Source of the DNA: Acholeplasma laidlawii PG-8A
GTDB lineage: Bacteria; Bacillota_I; Bacilli_A; Acholeplasmatales; Acholeplasmataceae
NCBI RefSeq assembly: GCF_000018785.1
Contig: NC_010163.1
Span: 390,001 to 422,000, forward strand
Direction: 5' to 3'
Length of the DNA: 32,000 nt
In this document: one piece after another, positions 1 to 8,591 of the stretch
Position numbering within the stretch: position 1 is the stretch's first letter
Layout of the letters: each line of letters begins with the position of its first letter
Notes under the pieces: model-generated
The model's input: the letters and a program-made list of their open reading frames with translations, nothing else
Told to the model about the DNA's origin: nothing
Databases searched by the model: none
Translations under genes and position numbers: made by a program

Positions 1-573
1 ATCGAATTACCACCGTTTACACTCATTGGTGCAACCACTAGATTTGGTGATTTATCACACCCGTTAAGGGAACGATTTGGTGCTGTATTTAGATTAAGTT
101 ATTACAAGTTAGAAGAAATCAAACAAATTGTAAGAAGAACTTCTAAAGTATATCAAAATGAAATTGATGAAAAAGCAGTAGATGAATTATCTAAGCGTAG
201 TAGAGGTACACCTAGAATAGCAAACCGTCTATTTAGACGCGTAAGAGACTTTGCTGAAATTATGACAGATGCCGTGATAACACTAGATATTACACAGTTA
301 GCATTGACCAAATTAGGCATTGATCATAAGGGTCTGGATGCATCAGACTATTTATATTTAAGAGGCATTGTAGAGCGATTTAATGGTGGTCCTGTTGGAC
401 TTGAATCACTGGCTTCTACAATTGGTGAAGAACCAGGAACAATTGAAGATGTATATGAACCTTACTTGTTACAGGAAGGTTATATTAAACGTACACCAAG
501 AGGTAGAGTTGCAACAGAACTTGCATACAACCTTTTAGGTGTGAAATATTATAAAGGATTATTAGACAATTGA
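1..573 (+). CDS. ruvB: Holliday junction branch migration helicase RuvB, C-terminal part (5' end outside window)
   Basis: Frame 1 is open from the window edge to TGA 571-573. The translation [27 protein letters not shown]...[18 protein letters not shown]...[17 protein letters not shown] matches the RuvB AAA+ sensor-2 region and C-terminal winged helix. Confidence 0.93.
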   Translation: MELPPFTLIGATTRFGDLSHPLRERFGAVFRLSYYKLEEIKQIVRRTSKVYQNEIDEKAVDELSKRSRGTPRIANRLFRRVRDFAEIMTDAVITLDITQLALTKLGIDHKGLDASDYLYLRGIVERFNGGPVGLESLASTIGEEPGTIEDVYEPYLLQEGYIKRTPRGRVATELAYNLLGVKYYKGLLDN

Positions 574-1589
574 AATTAGAATTATTTGATTATGATTTAC
601 CCAAATCACATATAGCGCAACATCCAAAAGATAAACGAGACCACTCAAAATTATTGGTTGTTGATAGAGAAAAACAAACAACAAAAGATTGTTTGTTTTA
701 TGACATCTTAGATGAGTTAAGTAGCAATGATGTACTAGTTATGAATAACACAAAAGTTATCCCTGCAAGATTAATTGGTGAAAAGATCGATACGCATGCA
801 GTCATTGAAGTTTTACTACTTAAAGAGTTAGAAAAAAACACTTGGGAAGCTTTAACGAAACCTGCCAAAAAAATTAAAATTGGTACTGTAGTAAGTTTTG
901 GTGATGGTGCACTTAAAATGGAGTGTATTGGCATTAAAGATGAAGGTATTCGCATCTTTAAAGCAATCTATGAAGGTATATTTTTAGAAGTACTAGATGC
1001 TTTAGGTACCATGCCACTACCACCTTACATAACGGAAAAATTAGAAGATAAATCAAGATATCAAACTGTTTATGCAAAATATGCAGGATCTGCTGCAGCA
1101 CCTACTGCAGGACTCCATTTTACCAAAGAACTTTTAGAAAAGATTAAAGCCAAAGGTGTTCAAGTATTAGAAATTACACTCCATGTTGGTTTAGGTACAT
1201 TTAGACCAGTTCAAGTAGATGATGTATTAGAACATCAAATGCACTATGAAAGTTATGAGATAAACGAAGAGACTGCCCGATTATTAAACCAATATAAAAA
1301 AGAAGGTAAAAGAATTATCGCAGTTGGTACAACCACTGTAAGAACACTAGAATCTAACTATAATGATGGATTCCATGCAGGTAATTACTCAACCAACATC
1401 TTTATTTATCCGGGATATCAATTTAAGATCATTGGTGCGATTATCACTAATTTCCATTTACCAAAATCAACGCTCATCATGTTGATTTCAGCATTCTATA
1501 ATAGAGAAAAAGTGCTTGAAGTCTATGAAGACGCAGTGAAAAAAAACTACCGCTTTTTCTCATTTGGCGATAGTATGTTTATTAAATAA
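570..1589 (+). CDS. queA: S-adenosylmethionine:tRNA ribosyltransferase-isomerase
   Basis: The TTG start overlaps the ruvB stop (TTGA), with AAGGA 11 nt upstream. The N-terminus [19 protein letters not shown]...SKLLVV and the [10 protein letters not shown] and NFHLPKSTL motifs are typical of QueA. Length is 339 aa. Confidence 0.93.
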   Translation: MKLELFDYDLPKSHIAQHPKDKRDHSKLLVVDREKQTTKDCLFYDILDELSSNDVLVMNNTKVIPARLIGEKIDTHAVIEVLLLKELEKNTWEALTKPAKKIKIGTVVSFGDGALKMECIGIKDEGIRIFKAIYEGIFLEVLDALGTMPLPPYITEKLEDKSRYQTVYAKYAGSAAAPTAGLHFTKELLEKIKAKGVQVLEITLHVGLGTFRPVQVDDVLEHQMHYESYEINEETARLLNQYKKEGKRIIAVGTTTVRTLESNYNDGFHAGNYSTNIFIYPGYQFKIIGAIITNFHLPKSTLIMLISAFYNREKVLEVYEDAVKKNYRFFSFGDSMFIK

Positions 1590-2415
1590 TATATAAAGTA
1601 ATTGAAACTAGACCAACTGTTAAAGCATATAGAGAAAACCAAATTAAATTTTTAACAGTGACATATTTGTGCATGATCTTTATAGTTAATAACGAGAAGA
1701 TAAAACTAAATATAAAAGCAAGACTAAATCCTGGGATATCACTCATTGTTCCAGGATTTTTTATTGCATCATATAATCCTAGACCTGAAACAGGTATACT
1801 AATAAGTAAATAACATAGAAATGAAAAACGCATAACTTTTTTGATTTCAATTTTTTGACTCAAACCACCCACTAAGGTAATACCTGATCTACTAATACCT
1901 GGGAATACTGCAAACATTTGAATTAAACCAATCACACCGGCATTTTTAAATGTAATATCATTTGAAAACTTTTTGTTTCTTAAAAGGAAAACTAAGAATA
2001 ATAAGAGTGATGTTATGATAAGAGAAATACCTATGCTTAATAAATTTGTAGGTAGATAGTCTTTAATGAGTAATCCTGCAATCCCAATAGGCACAATGGC
2101 GATAATAAGTTTAACTGCATAACTAATGTTTTCTTGAACTATTATTTCTTTTCTTTTTTCTTTATTGAAAACAAAATTAAACGAATCGACTACTAACTCT
2201 TTAACATCTTTGAAATAATAGATTAGCAAAGCTAGAAATGAGCCCATATTGGTTATCATTAAAAATAATGTAAGTGTAGCATTTATATCTTCTCCACCTA
2301 AAAATAAATTAGAAAATAATACTAAGTGGCCAGAGCTGGACACTGGAAATATTTCAGTGACCCCTTGAATAATACCTAAAATTATATATTTAATTAACTC
2401 TATAATGTAATCCAT
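1582..2415 (-). CDS. uppP: undecaprenyl-diphosphate phosphatase (BacA/UppP family)
   Basis: A 277-aa polytopic membrane protein. It carries the UppP signatures [18 protein letters not shown] near the N-terminus and [14 protein letters not shown] in the second half. Confidence 0.9.
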   Translation of the reverse strand: MDYIIELIKYIILGIIQGVTEIFPVSSSGHLVLFSNLFLGGEDINATLTLFLMITNMGSFLALLIYYFKDVKELVVDSFNFVFNKEKRKEIIVQENISYAVKLIIAIVPIGIAGLLIKDYLPTNLLSIGISLIITSLLLFLVFLLRNKKFSNDITFKNAGVIGLIQMFAVFPGISRSGITLVGGLSQKIEIKKVMRFSFLCYLLISIPVSGLGLYDAIKNPGTMSDIPGFSLAFIFSFIFSLLTIKIMHKYVTVKNLIWFSLYALTVGLVSITLYII

Positions 2416-2436
2416 CCTATCAAAACCCTTCTAAAC

Positions 2437-2458
2437 GTTATAATAAAGTTATTATAAC
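2437..2458. promoter_or_regulatory. perfect 10+2+10 palindrome GTTATAATAA-AG-TTATTATAAC in the uppP / EIIB-like divergent region
   Basis: Read directly from the sequence. Each arm contains a TATAAT, one per strand. The minus-strand copy sits about 35 nt upstream of the uppP ATG. It could be the uppP -10 box, an operator, or an AT-rich coincidence. Confidence 0.35.
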
Positions 2459-2478
2459 ATATCAAGTTCATTAAAAGA

Positions 2479-2507
2479 TTGAAATTTTGGTGAAAAAAAC
2501 ATATAAT
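2479..2507 (+). promoter_or_regulatory. sigma-70-type promoter TTGAAA-17-TATAAT for the EIIB-like/ptsH operon
   Basis: TTGAAA lies at 2479-2484, a 17-nt spacer follows, and TATAAT lies at 2502-2507. An AAGGAA RBS at 2515-2520 precedes the ATG at 2530. Confidence 0.6.
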
Positions 2508-2529
2508 AAGTATTAAGGAATGTGATAGT

Positions 2530-2886
2530 ATGACAACTGAACAAATAATAGCATTAAGCATATCATTAGCAGTGATTGTATTAGGTGTAACTTACCTATA
2601 TATATATCACAGAAAAAATCAAAAAAGTTCTAAAGGAACTGCAGTTTTAGATGTACAAAGACTTTTAGAAGCACTTGGTGGTAAGGAAAATATTAATGGT
2701 ACATTTTTAGATCATAAAAGATTAAAAATCCAGCTTAATAATCCTAAACTGGTTTCACAAGCACTTTTAAAGACATTAGATATATCTGGCTTTTTAACTG
2801 GTAAAGAGTTGAAATTATTAATTAAAGATAATCCTATAGAGGTAAAAAATAATTTAGATAAGTTAAGAAATGAGGTAAGACAATGA
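2530..2886 (+). CDS. membrane-anchored PTS EIIB(Glc)-like domain protein lacking the phospho-acceptor cysteine
   Basis: There is an N-terminal TM helix (IIALSISLAVIVLGVTYLYIY). It is followed by LLEALGGKENINGTFLDHKRLKIQL, which parallels the EIIB signature GGxxNIxxxxHCxTRLR. The whole 118-aa protein contains no Cys. Its stop overlaps the ptsH start (ATGA). Confidence 0.6.
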   Translation: MTTEQIIALSISLAVIVLGVTYLYIYHRKNQKSSKGTAVLDVQRLLEALGGKENINGTFLDHKRLKIQLNNPKLVSQALLKTLDISGFLTGKELKLLIKDNPIEVKNNLDKLRNEVRQ

Positions 2887-3155
2887 AACAAAAATTTGTT
2901 ATCGTTTCAGAGTATGGGCTACACGCTAGACCGGCTACTCGTTTAGTAAATCAAGCAATGGGGTTCCAAAGTGAAATCACTTTAACCGCCTTTAACCGCA
3001 CAGTGAACTTAAAAAGTATCATGGGCGTTATGAGTCTTGGTATCTACAATGGTGAAATCGTAGAAATAAAAGCTGAAGGTGAAGATGCAAAAGAAGCTAT
3101 CGCTGGCATTACTGATTTCATGATATCCGAAGGATTAGGACAAATTAGCAAATGA
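2883..3155 (+). CDS. ptsH: phosphocarrier protein HPr
   Basis: 90 aa. The His15 motif is present (YGLHARPATRLV) and so is the Ser46 regulatory site (NLKSIMGVMSLG). Confidence 0.93.
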   Translation: MKQKFVIVSEYGLHARPATRLVNQAMGFQSEITLTAFNRTVNLKSIMGVMSLGIYNGEIVEIKAEGEDAKEAIAGITDFMISEGLGQISK

Positions 3156-4054
3156 TTAAAAAGGTACTCCAAGGTATGCTTATTGGTGTTGGAGCGATTT
3201 TACCTGGAGTAAGCGGTGGTATGATTGCTGCCGCTTTTAATATATATTCCAAGTTGATCGAAGCACTCGATAAAGTAACTAAAACGCCAATTAAGGCGGT
3301 CCTTTCAATATGGGAATACATTTTGGGCATCTTACTAGGTGTCCTAGTAGGATTTTTAGTGATTGCATATGTCTTTTACTTAATCCCTATTCCTAGTACA
3401 TTATTATTTATTGGTTTAATCTTAGGTGGTATACCTGAAATCTATAAACTAGCAGAAGAAAAGACTAGAAAATATAAGCCAATCATTATGTTTTTAATAA
3501 CCTTTATATTAATGATAAGTTTTACAATATTTGCACCATATCTTGCTCAAACAGATACATCCAATACGAACTTTGTACTTTGGATAGTTGTAGGGGTACT
3601 ACTGGCGGTCAGTTTAATTGTTCCAGGCTTAAGTGGTACGATGCTTATGTTAATTATTGGTTATTATGGACCACTCATCTTACTAGGTAAAACACTTATA
3701 GAAGCTGTATTTACTATTAATGTTGAGTTATTTATGAACAATATATTTTCTTTAGTATTTGTAGCAATAGGTATTATACTTGCATTTATTTTACTTGGTA
3801 AAGTATTTAATTATGTATTAAAGAAAGCACCAAAACTCTTCTATCAATTAATATTAGGTATTATTGTGGCTTCACCAATTAATATTATTTTTAGTTTAAA
3901 CGACGATTTACGACAAAGTGAAACACCAGTGCACATATTTGATTTTAGTAATCAGTGGTATATGTGGCTAATCGGTTTATTATGTATACCAATAGGTATA
4001 TATTTAGCCAGACTCTTTAGTAAGGAAGAAAAATATGAGACAAAAGAAAATTAA
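3152..4054 (+). CDS. DUF368 family polytopic membrane protein (PopT-type putative polyprenyl-phosphate translocase)
   Basis: 300 aa with about 8 TM segments. The DUF368 signature is duplicated: ILPGVSGGMIAAAF and IVPGLSGTMLMLIIGYY. The start overlaps the ptsH stop (ATGA). Confidence 0.75.
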   Translation: MIKKVLQGMLIGVGAILPGVSGGMIAAAFNIYSKLIEALDKVTKTPIKAVLSIWEYILGILLGVLVGFLVIAYVFYLIPIPSTLLFIGLILGGIPEIYKLAEEKTRKYKPIIMFLITFILMISFTIFAPYLAQTDTSNTNFVLWIVVGVLLAVSLIVPGLSGTMLMLIIGYYGPLILLGKTLIEAVFTINVELFMNNIFSLVFVAIGIILAFILLGKVFNYVLKKAPKLFYQLILGIIVASPINIIFSLNDDLRQSETPVHIFDFSNQWYMWLIGLLCIPIGIYLARLFSKEEKYETKEN

Positions 4055-4643
4055 AGATGCAACGATTGAAAATCTAGAAAAGTTAGGTGTTTTATTAGCG
4101 CCTACACCACTTAAAGTAGATGCTTCAAAAAAGATCACATTAGAAATTGGTAGTGGTAAAGGGCGTTTTATCACATCACTTGCTAATGATTTCCCAGAAG
4201 AAGTATTTATTGCAGTAGAACGTGATCAAAATGTGTGTTACCGTTTAGCGCAAAAAAAAAGTGTTTTAGAGTTGAAAAACTTGATTGTTATTATGGATGA
4301 TGCAGAAAAATTAAATGAATATTTAGTGGATGTAAAAGTAGATAACCTACATTTAAATTTCTCTGACCCATGGCCAAAGAAAAAGCACCATAAACGTAGG
4401 TTGACTTATCCTACGATGTTAAATCAATATAAAAACTACTTAAAAAAAGATGGAAAAATCATCTTTAGAACAGATCATGCAGATTTATTCGTTGACTCAT
4501 TTCAATACTTTAACGAAGCATCGTTCATTGTATCAGATTGTAACTGGGCACTTGCACCATCAGATTATATGACAGAATATGAAGTTAAGAAACGTGTAAG
4601 TGGTCCAATATATCAATTAATAGCGGAGCAAAATCATGACTAA
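4035..4643 (+). CDS. trmB: tRNA (guanine46-N7)-methyltransferase
   Basis: SAM-binding motif LEIGSGKGRF and the TrmB motif NFSDPWPKKKHHKRRL are present. 202 aa. It overlaps the upstream gene by 20 nt. Confidence 0.9.
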   Translation: MRQKKIKDATIENLEKLGVLLAPTPLKVDASKKITLEIGSGKGRFITSLANDFPEEVFIAVERDQNVCYRLAQKKSVLELKNLIVIMDDAEKLNEYLVDVKVDNLHLNFSDPWPKKKHHKRRLTYPTMLNQYKNYLKKDGKIIFRTDHADLFVDSFQYFNEASFIVSDCNWALAPSDYMTEYEVKKRVSGPIYQLIAEQNHD

Positions 4644-5682
4644 TCATTATAAAAATTTAAGTGTAATACCAGGGATATCTGGTAATGAAAATAGAGTACG
4701 TTCCTACATGGAAAGTGTAATGCAAAAATACCCTGATTTCGAAATTAAAAAAGATAGATTGGGTGGTATTTTTGCCTATAAAAAATCAACTAATAAAGAT
4801 GCAAAAACACTCTTAATTGCTGGTCACATGGATGAAGTTGGTTTAATGGTAAAACATATTAGACCAAATGGAGCTATTGAAGTACTTCCGATCGGTGGAC
4901 TATCAGGTGATGTTTTTATATCTCAAATCATGTATGTATATACAAATGATGGTAAAAAAATACCGGGTGTAATTGGTAGTATTCCACCACACCTAAAACA
5001 AAGTAATAATGTGGATATTGCAAATTTACTATTAGACGTTGGATCAAGCAGTAAAGAAGAAACATTAAGTTTTGGCATTAATTTAGGTGACATGGTGTTA
5101 TTTGATACACCTTACATAGAAACTATGAACGGTAAAAGGTGGATATCAAAGGCTATTGATAACCGCTTTGGTTGTGGCTTAGCACTAGAAGCTATTGAAC
5201 ACTTTAGTGGTAAGACATTTGATTATAACTTAATTATTGGTGCAACAACACAAGAAGAGGTGGGATTAAGAGGTTCTGAAATAGCGACTAACTTATTCAA
5301 ACCAGATATGTTTATTGCACTTGATTGTTCGCCACTTAATGATATTCATGATAAAGACTCTATGTCTAAATTAGGTGATGGTTTTTTATTAAGAATATTT
5401 GACCCCAAGAATATTATGTTATTTCCATTAAAAGAATATTTTAAGTCATTAGCTAACACACATCAAATTAAGTTTCAAGAGTATGTTTCAATGGGTGGAA
5501 CCGATGCTGCAAAAGCCATTGATATGCATGAAGGTATTCCTTCTACAACAATCGGTTTACCTGCAAGATATATTCATTCTAGTGCAGCAATTGCAGATTT
5601 ATTTGATTTAGCAGAGGCTAGAAAGATGCTATTTACACTCATTAGTGATTTAACTAGTGATAAAATTAAGTCATTCTACTAA
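4636..5682 (+). CDS. M42 family metallopeptidase (glutamyl aminopeptidase / CelM-like)
   Basis: The metal-ligand motifs GHMDEVGLMV, DNRFGC and QEEVGLRGS are present, with the typical length of 348 aa. It overlaps trmB by 8 nt. Confidence 0.85.
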   Translation: MTNHYKNLSVIPGISGNENRVRSYMESVMQKYPDFEIKKDRLGGIFAYKKSTNKDAKTLLIAGHMDEVGLMVKHIRPNGAIEVLPIGGLSGDVFISQIMYVYTNDGKKIPGVIGSIPPHLKQSNNVDIANLLLDVGSSSKEETLSFGINLGDMVLFDTPYIETMNGKRWISKAIDNRFGCGLALEAIEHFSGKTFDYNLIIGATTQEEVGLRGSEIATNLFKPDMFIALDCSPLNDIHDKDSMSKLGDGFLLRIFDPKNIMLFPLKEYFKSLANTHQIKFQEYVSMGGTDAAKAIDMHEGIPSTTIGLPARYIHSSAAIADLFDLAEARKMLFTLISDLTSDKIKSFY

Positions 5683-5693
5683 GGAGGTATAAT

Positions 5694-6533
5694 ATGGAAA
5701 CTTATACATTAAACAATGGTAAGAAAATTCCTAAATTCGGTTTAGGAACCTTTAGGGTTGAGGCTGGTGAATCAGCATATGATACTGTGAAACTCGCATT
5801 AAAGATAGGATACAGACATATTGATACAGCCATAATGTATGGCAACGAATCAGATATAGGTAGAGCTATAAGGGACTCAGGTATTCCAAGAGAAGAGATA
5901 TTTGTTACATCTAAGCTTGCTAAACACTATGATGGAGATATTGTTCTTATCAAAGAGGCTTTAGATAAATCTTTAAAAACATTAAATATCGGATATATTG
6001 ATTTAATGTTAATTCATTGGCCTGATCATGATCACCACATCAATGATTTAATTTGGAAAATTTTTGAAAGTTATTACCAGGAAGGATTATTTAAATCGAT
6101 TGGTGTATCTAATTTCCAAATTCACCATTTAGAAAATTTACTTAAAAAAGCTATAGTAAGACCAGTAATGAATCAAGTAGAATGTCATCCACTATTAAGT
6201 CAAGTACCTTTACAAAAATACTTAACTGATAATGATATTTTAATGACTTCCTACGGGCCACTTGCAAGAGGTGAAGTCTTTACTGGTAAAACACATGAGG
6301 TATTAGAAGAAATTGCGAAACAATATGGTGCAACAGTTGCACAAGTTATTGTTCAGTGGGGGCTAGCAAGAGGCATTGTAATGATTCCAAAAAGTGTCCA
6401 TGAGGAAAGGTTAATTGAAAACTTTAAGGGGCAAGAATTAGTACTTGCACCTGAAGATATTGAAAAAATTAATCAACTTAATAGAGGCAGAAGACTCTAT
6501 TCTGATCCAGATAACAACATCAATTTTTTATAA
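5694..6533 (+). CDS. aldo/keto reductase (YvgN/YtbE / 2,5-diketo-D-gluconate reductase-like)
   Basis: GLGTF, HIDTAIMYGNE (Asp/Tyr of the catalytic tetrad), SKL, LIHWP and NQVECHP are present. A GGAGG RBS lies 6 nt upstream of the ATG. Confidence 0.88.
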   Translation: METYTLNNGKKIPKFGLGTFRVEAGESAYDTVKLALKIGYRHIDTAIMYGNESDIGRAIRDSGIPREEIFVTSKLAKHYDGDIVLIKEALDKSLKTLNIGYIDLMLIHWPDHDHHINDLIWKIFESYYQEGLFKSIGVSNFQIHHLENLLKKAIVRPVMNQVECHPLLSQVPLQKYLTDNDILMTSYGPLARGEVFTGKTHEVLEEIAKQYGATVAQVIVQWGLARGIVMIPKSVHEERLIENFKGQELVLAPEDIEKINQLNRGRRLYSDPDNNINFL

Positions 6534-6558
6534 ATTAATACAGCAAGAAAATACTTTT

Positions 6559-6595
6559 AAAGATAATCATTCTTGTTATAATGATTATCTTTTAA
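6559..6595 (+). terminator. Rho-independent terminator after the aldo/keto reductase gene
   Basis: A perfect 13-bp stem, AAAGATAATCATT (6559-6571) with AATGATTATCTTT (6580-6592), encloses an 8-nt loop. The stem is AT-rich and runs into T residues. Confidence 0.55.
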
Positions 6596-6635
6596 TGTAT
6601 AATAGAGATATAATTTCAATGATTGGAGTACAACT

Positions 6636-8591
6636 GTGGCAAAAACAAATTATGACGAGACGAGTATTCAAATATTAGAAGGACTAGAGGCTGTACGAAA
6701 AAGACCGGGTATGTATATTGGTTCAACTGACCATAGGGGATTACATCATTTGGTTTGGGAAATCGTAGATAACGCGATGGATGAAGTATTAGCTGGTTTT
6801 GGTAGTGAAATTACAGTAACAATCAAACCTGACAATGCAATCGAAGTACTAGATGATGGACGCGGTATGCCATATAAAAAACATACATCTGGGGTTCCAA
6901 CTACCCAGGTTATTTTTACTGTTTTACATGCAGGAGGTAAATTTGGTGGCGATGGTGCATATAAAGTAGCTGGTGGTTTACACGGTGTTGGTTCATCTGT
7001 AGTAAATGCATTATCCTCTGTCTTGGAAGTTACTGTATATAAAGACGGCGGTATTTTCAGACAACGTTTTGAAAATGGTGGTAAAAAGATATTTAACCAA
7101 GAAAAAATAGGAGATACTAAAAAAACTGGTACACAAGTATACTTTAAACCAGATCCGTCTATTTTTTCTACAACGCTTTATAACTACGATACGATTAAAG
7201 AACGATTAAAAGAATCTGCTTACTTAATTAAGGGTCTAAAAATTAATCTTATTGATGAAAGAAATAATAAAAAAGAAACCTTTAAATTTGATGAAGGTAT
7301 TAAAGCCTACGTGGAGTTTATGAACACTGGTAAAAATGCACTACACGATGTAACGGATGTGGAGGGCACTTTTAATACTGCTAAAGATAGTGCAATTGAA
7401 GTCGAAGTTGCCTTACAGTATACAGATAGTTATAGTGAAAATATTATTTCGTTTGTAAATAACGTACGTACCAAAGATGGTGGTACCCATGAAATTGGGT
7501 TTAAATCTGCACTTACTAAAGTTATTAATGACTACGCTAGAAAATATAATCACATAAAAGAAAAAGATAGTAATATTGATGGCGTAGACATTAGAGAAGG
7601 GCTAACCGCTATTGTATCATTACGTATACCTGAAACAGTCCTAGAGTTTGAAGGGCAAACTAAAGGTAAGCTAGGAACACCAGAGGCAAGAAATGCACTA
7701 GAGACAGTATTTTATGAAAAGTTTAACACCTTTTTAGAAGAAAATTCGGATGCTGCTTTATCTATTATTACGAAAGCTGTTGCTGCAGCTAATGCTAGAG
7801 AGGCTGCAAGAAAAGCACGTGAAGAAGCTAGAGCTGGTAAGAAAAGAAGTAAAAAAGAAGTTATTCTTTCAGGTAAATTAACTCCTGCTCAAGGTAAAGA
7901 TAAATCAATTAATGAACTCTTCTTAGTTGAAGGTGATTCTGCTGGTGGTTCTGCTAAACAAGGTAGAAATAGACGCTTCCAAGCGATTTTACCGCTACGT
8001 GGTAAGGTGATTAACACAGAACGCACCAACACAGAAACCATCTTAAAAAACGAAGAAATTTCGACCATGATCTACACCATTGGTGCTGATTTTGGTGAGG
8101 ATTTTGATATTAAAAAGTGTAACTATAATAAAGTGATTATTATGACTGATGCCGATGATGATGGTGCGCATATTCAAACACTTCTTTTAACATTCTTCTT
8201 TAGATACATGAGACCATTAATTGAAGCGGGTAGATTATATATTGCACAGCCTCCATTTTATAAAGTAACTTACAAGAAAAACAAAAAAGAAGAAACTGTT
8301 TATGCTTGGAGTGATGAAGATTTAAAAGAAACACTTGAATCCATTGGACAAAACTACATGATTACACGTTTTAAAGGGTTAGGCGAAATGAACTTTTATC
8401 AGTTATGGGAAACTACAATGAATCCTGAGTCACGTACACTGATTCAAGTTACAATCGATGATTTAAACGTTAGTGATAAGCACATTAGTGTATTAATGGG
8501 TGACCAGGTTGCACCAAGACGTGAATGGATTGAAGCAAACGTTGATTTTGAAGTAACTGATGAATTTGACATAGAAGGTAAGGTAAGATGA
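6636..8591 (+). CDS. parE: DNA topoisomerase IV subunit B
   Basis: GTG start with a GGAG RBS. GHKL ATPase motifs ([29 protein letters not shown]) and Toprim motifs ([22 protein letters not shown]) are present. I called it ParE rather than GyrB because it is coupled by an ATGA overlap to a ParC-type partner. Confidence 0.8.
   Translation: MAKTNYDETSIQILEGLEAVRKRPGMYIGSTDHRGLHHLVWEIVDNAMDEVLAGFGSEITVTIKPDNAIEVLDDGRGMPYKKHTSGVPTTQVIFTVLHAGGKFGGDGAYKVAGGLHGVGSSVVNALSSVLEVTVYKDGGIFRQRFENGGKKIFNQEKIGDTKKTGTQVYFKPDPSIFSTTLYNYDTIKERLKESAYLIKGLKINLIDERNNKKETFKFDEGIKAYVEFMNTGKNALHDVTDVEGTFNTAKDSAIEVEVALQYTDSYSENIISFVNNVRTKDGGTHEIGFKSALTKVINDYARKYNHIKEKDSNIDGVDIREGLTAIVSLRIPETVLEFEGQTKGKLGTPEARNALETVFYEKFNTFLEENSDAALSIITKAVAAANAREAARKAREEARAGKKRSKKEVILSGKLTPAQGKDKSINELFLVEGDSAGGSAKQGRNRRFQAILPLRGKVINTERTNTETILKNEEISTMIYTIGADFGEDFDIKKCNYNKVIIMTDADDDGAHIQTLLLTFFFRYMRPLIEAGRLYIAQPPFYKVTYKKNKKEETVYAWSDEDLKETLESIGQNYMITRFKGLGEMNFYQLWETTMNPESRTLIQVTIDDLNVSDKHISVLMGDQVAPRREWIEANVDFEVTDEFDIEGKVR

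Noticed and set aside
698-955. Antisense 85-aa ORF inside queA. The same class covers 3145-3330(-), 8485-8697(-), 15490-15687(-), 18689-18931(-), 20487-20669(+), 23539-23730(-), 24169-24399(-), 25228-25428(+), 27882-28064(+) and 30953-31156(+).
   Set aside because: Each lies wholly or largely inside a longer ORF, on the opposite strand or in another frame, whose product has clear family motifs. None has an RBS, and their compositions are low-complexity S/L/I/F-rich. They look like shadow ORFs of AT-rich coding DNA.
2427-2442. Possible catabolite-responsive element (cre) TTCTAAACGTTATAA near the uppP/HPr divergent promoters
   Set aside because: It has two mismatches at the invariant G and C positions of the WTGNAANCGNWNNCW consensus. 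A second look-alike near 31120 (TGTAAAACGTTTAA, upstream of gpmI) is out of register by one base. Neither is convincing.
6445-6678. 77-aa ORF bridging the aldo/keto reductase 3' end and the parE 5' end
   Set aside because: It overlaps two well-supported genes and reads straight through the 13-bp terminator stem at 6559-6592 and the parE promoter region.
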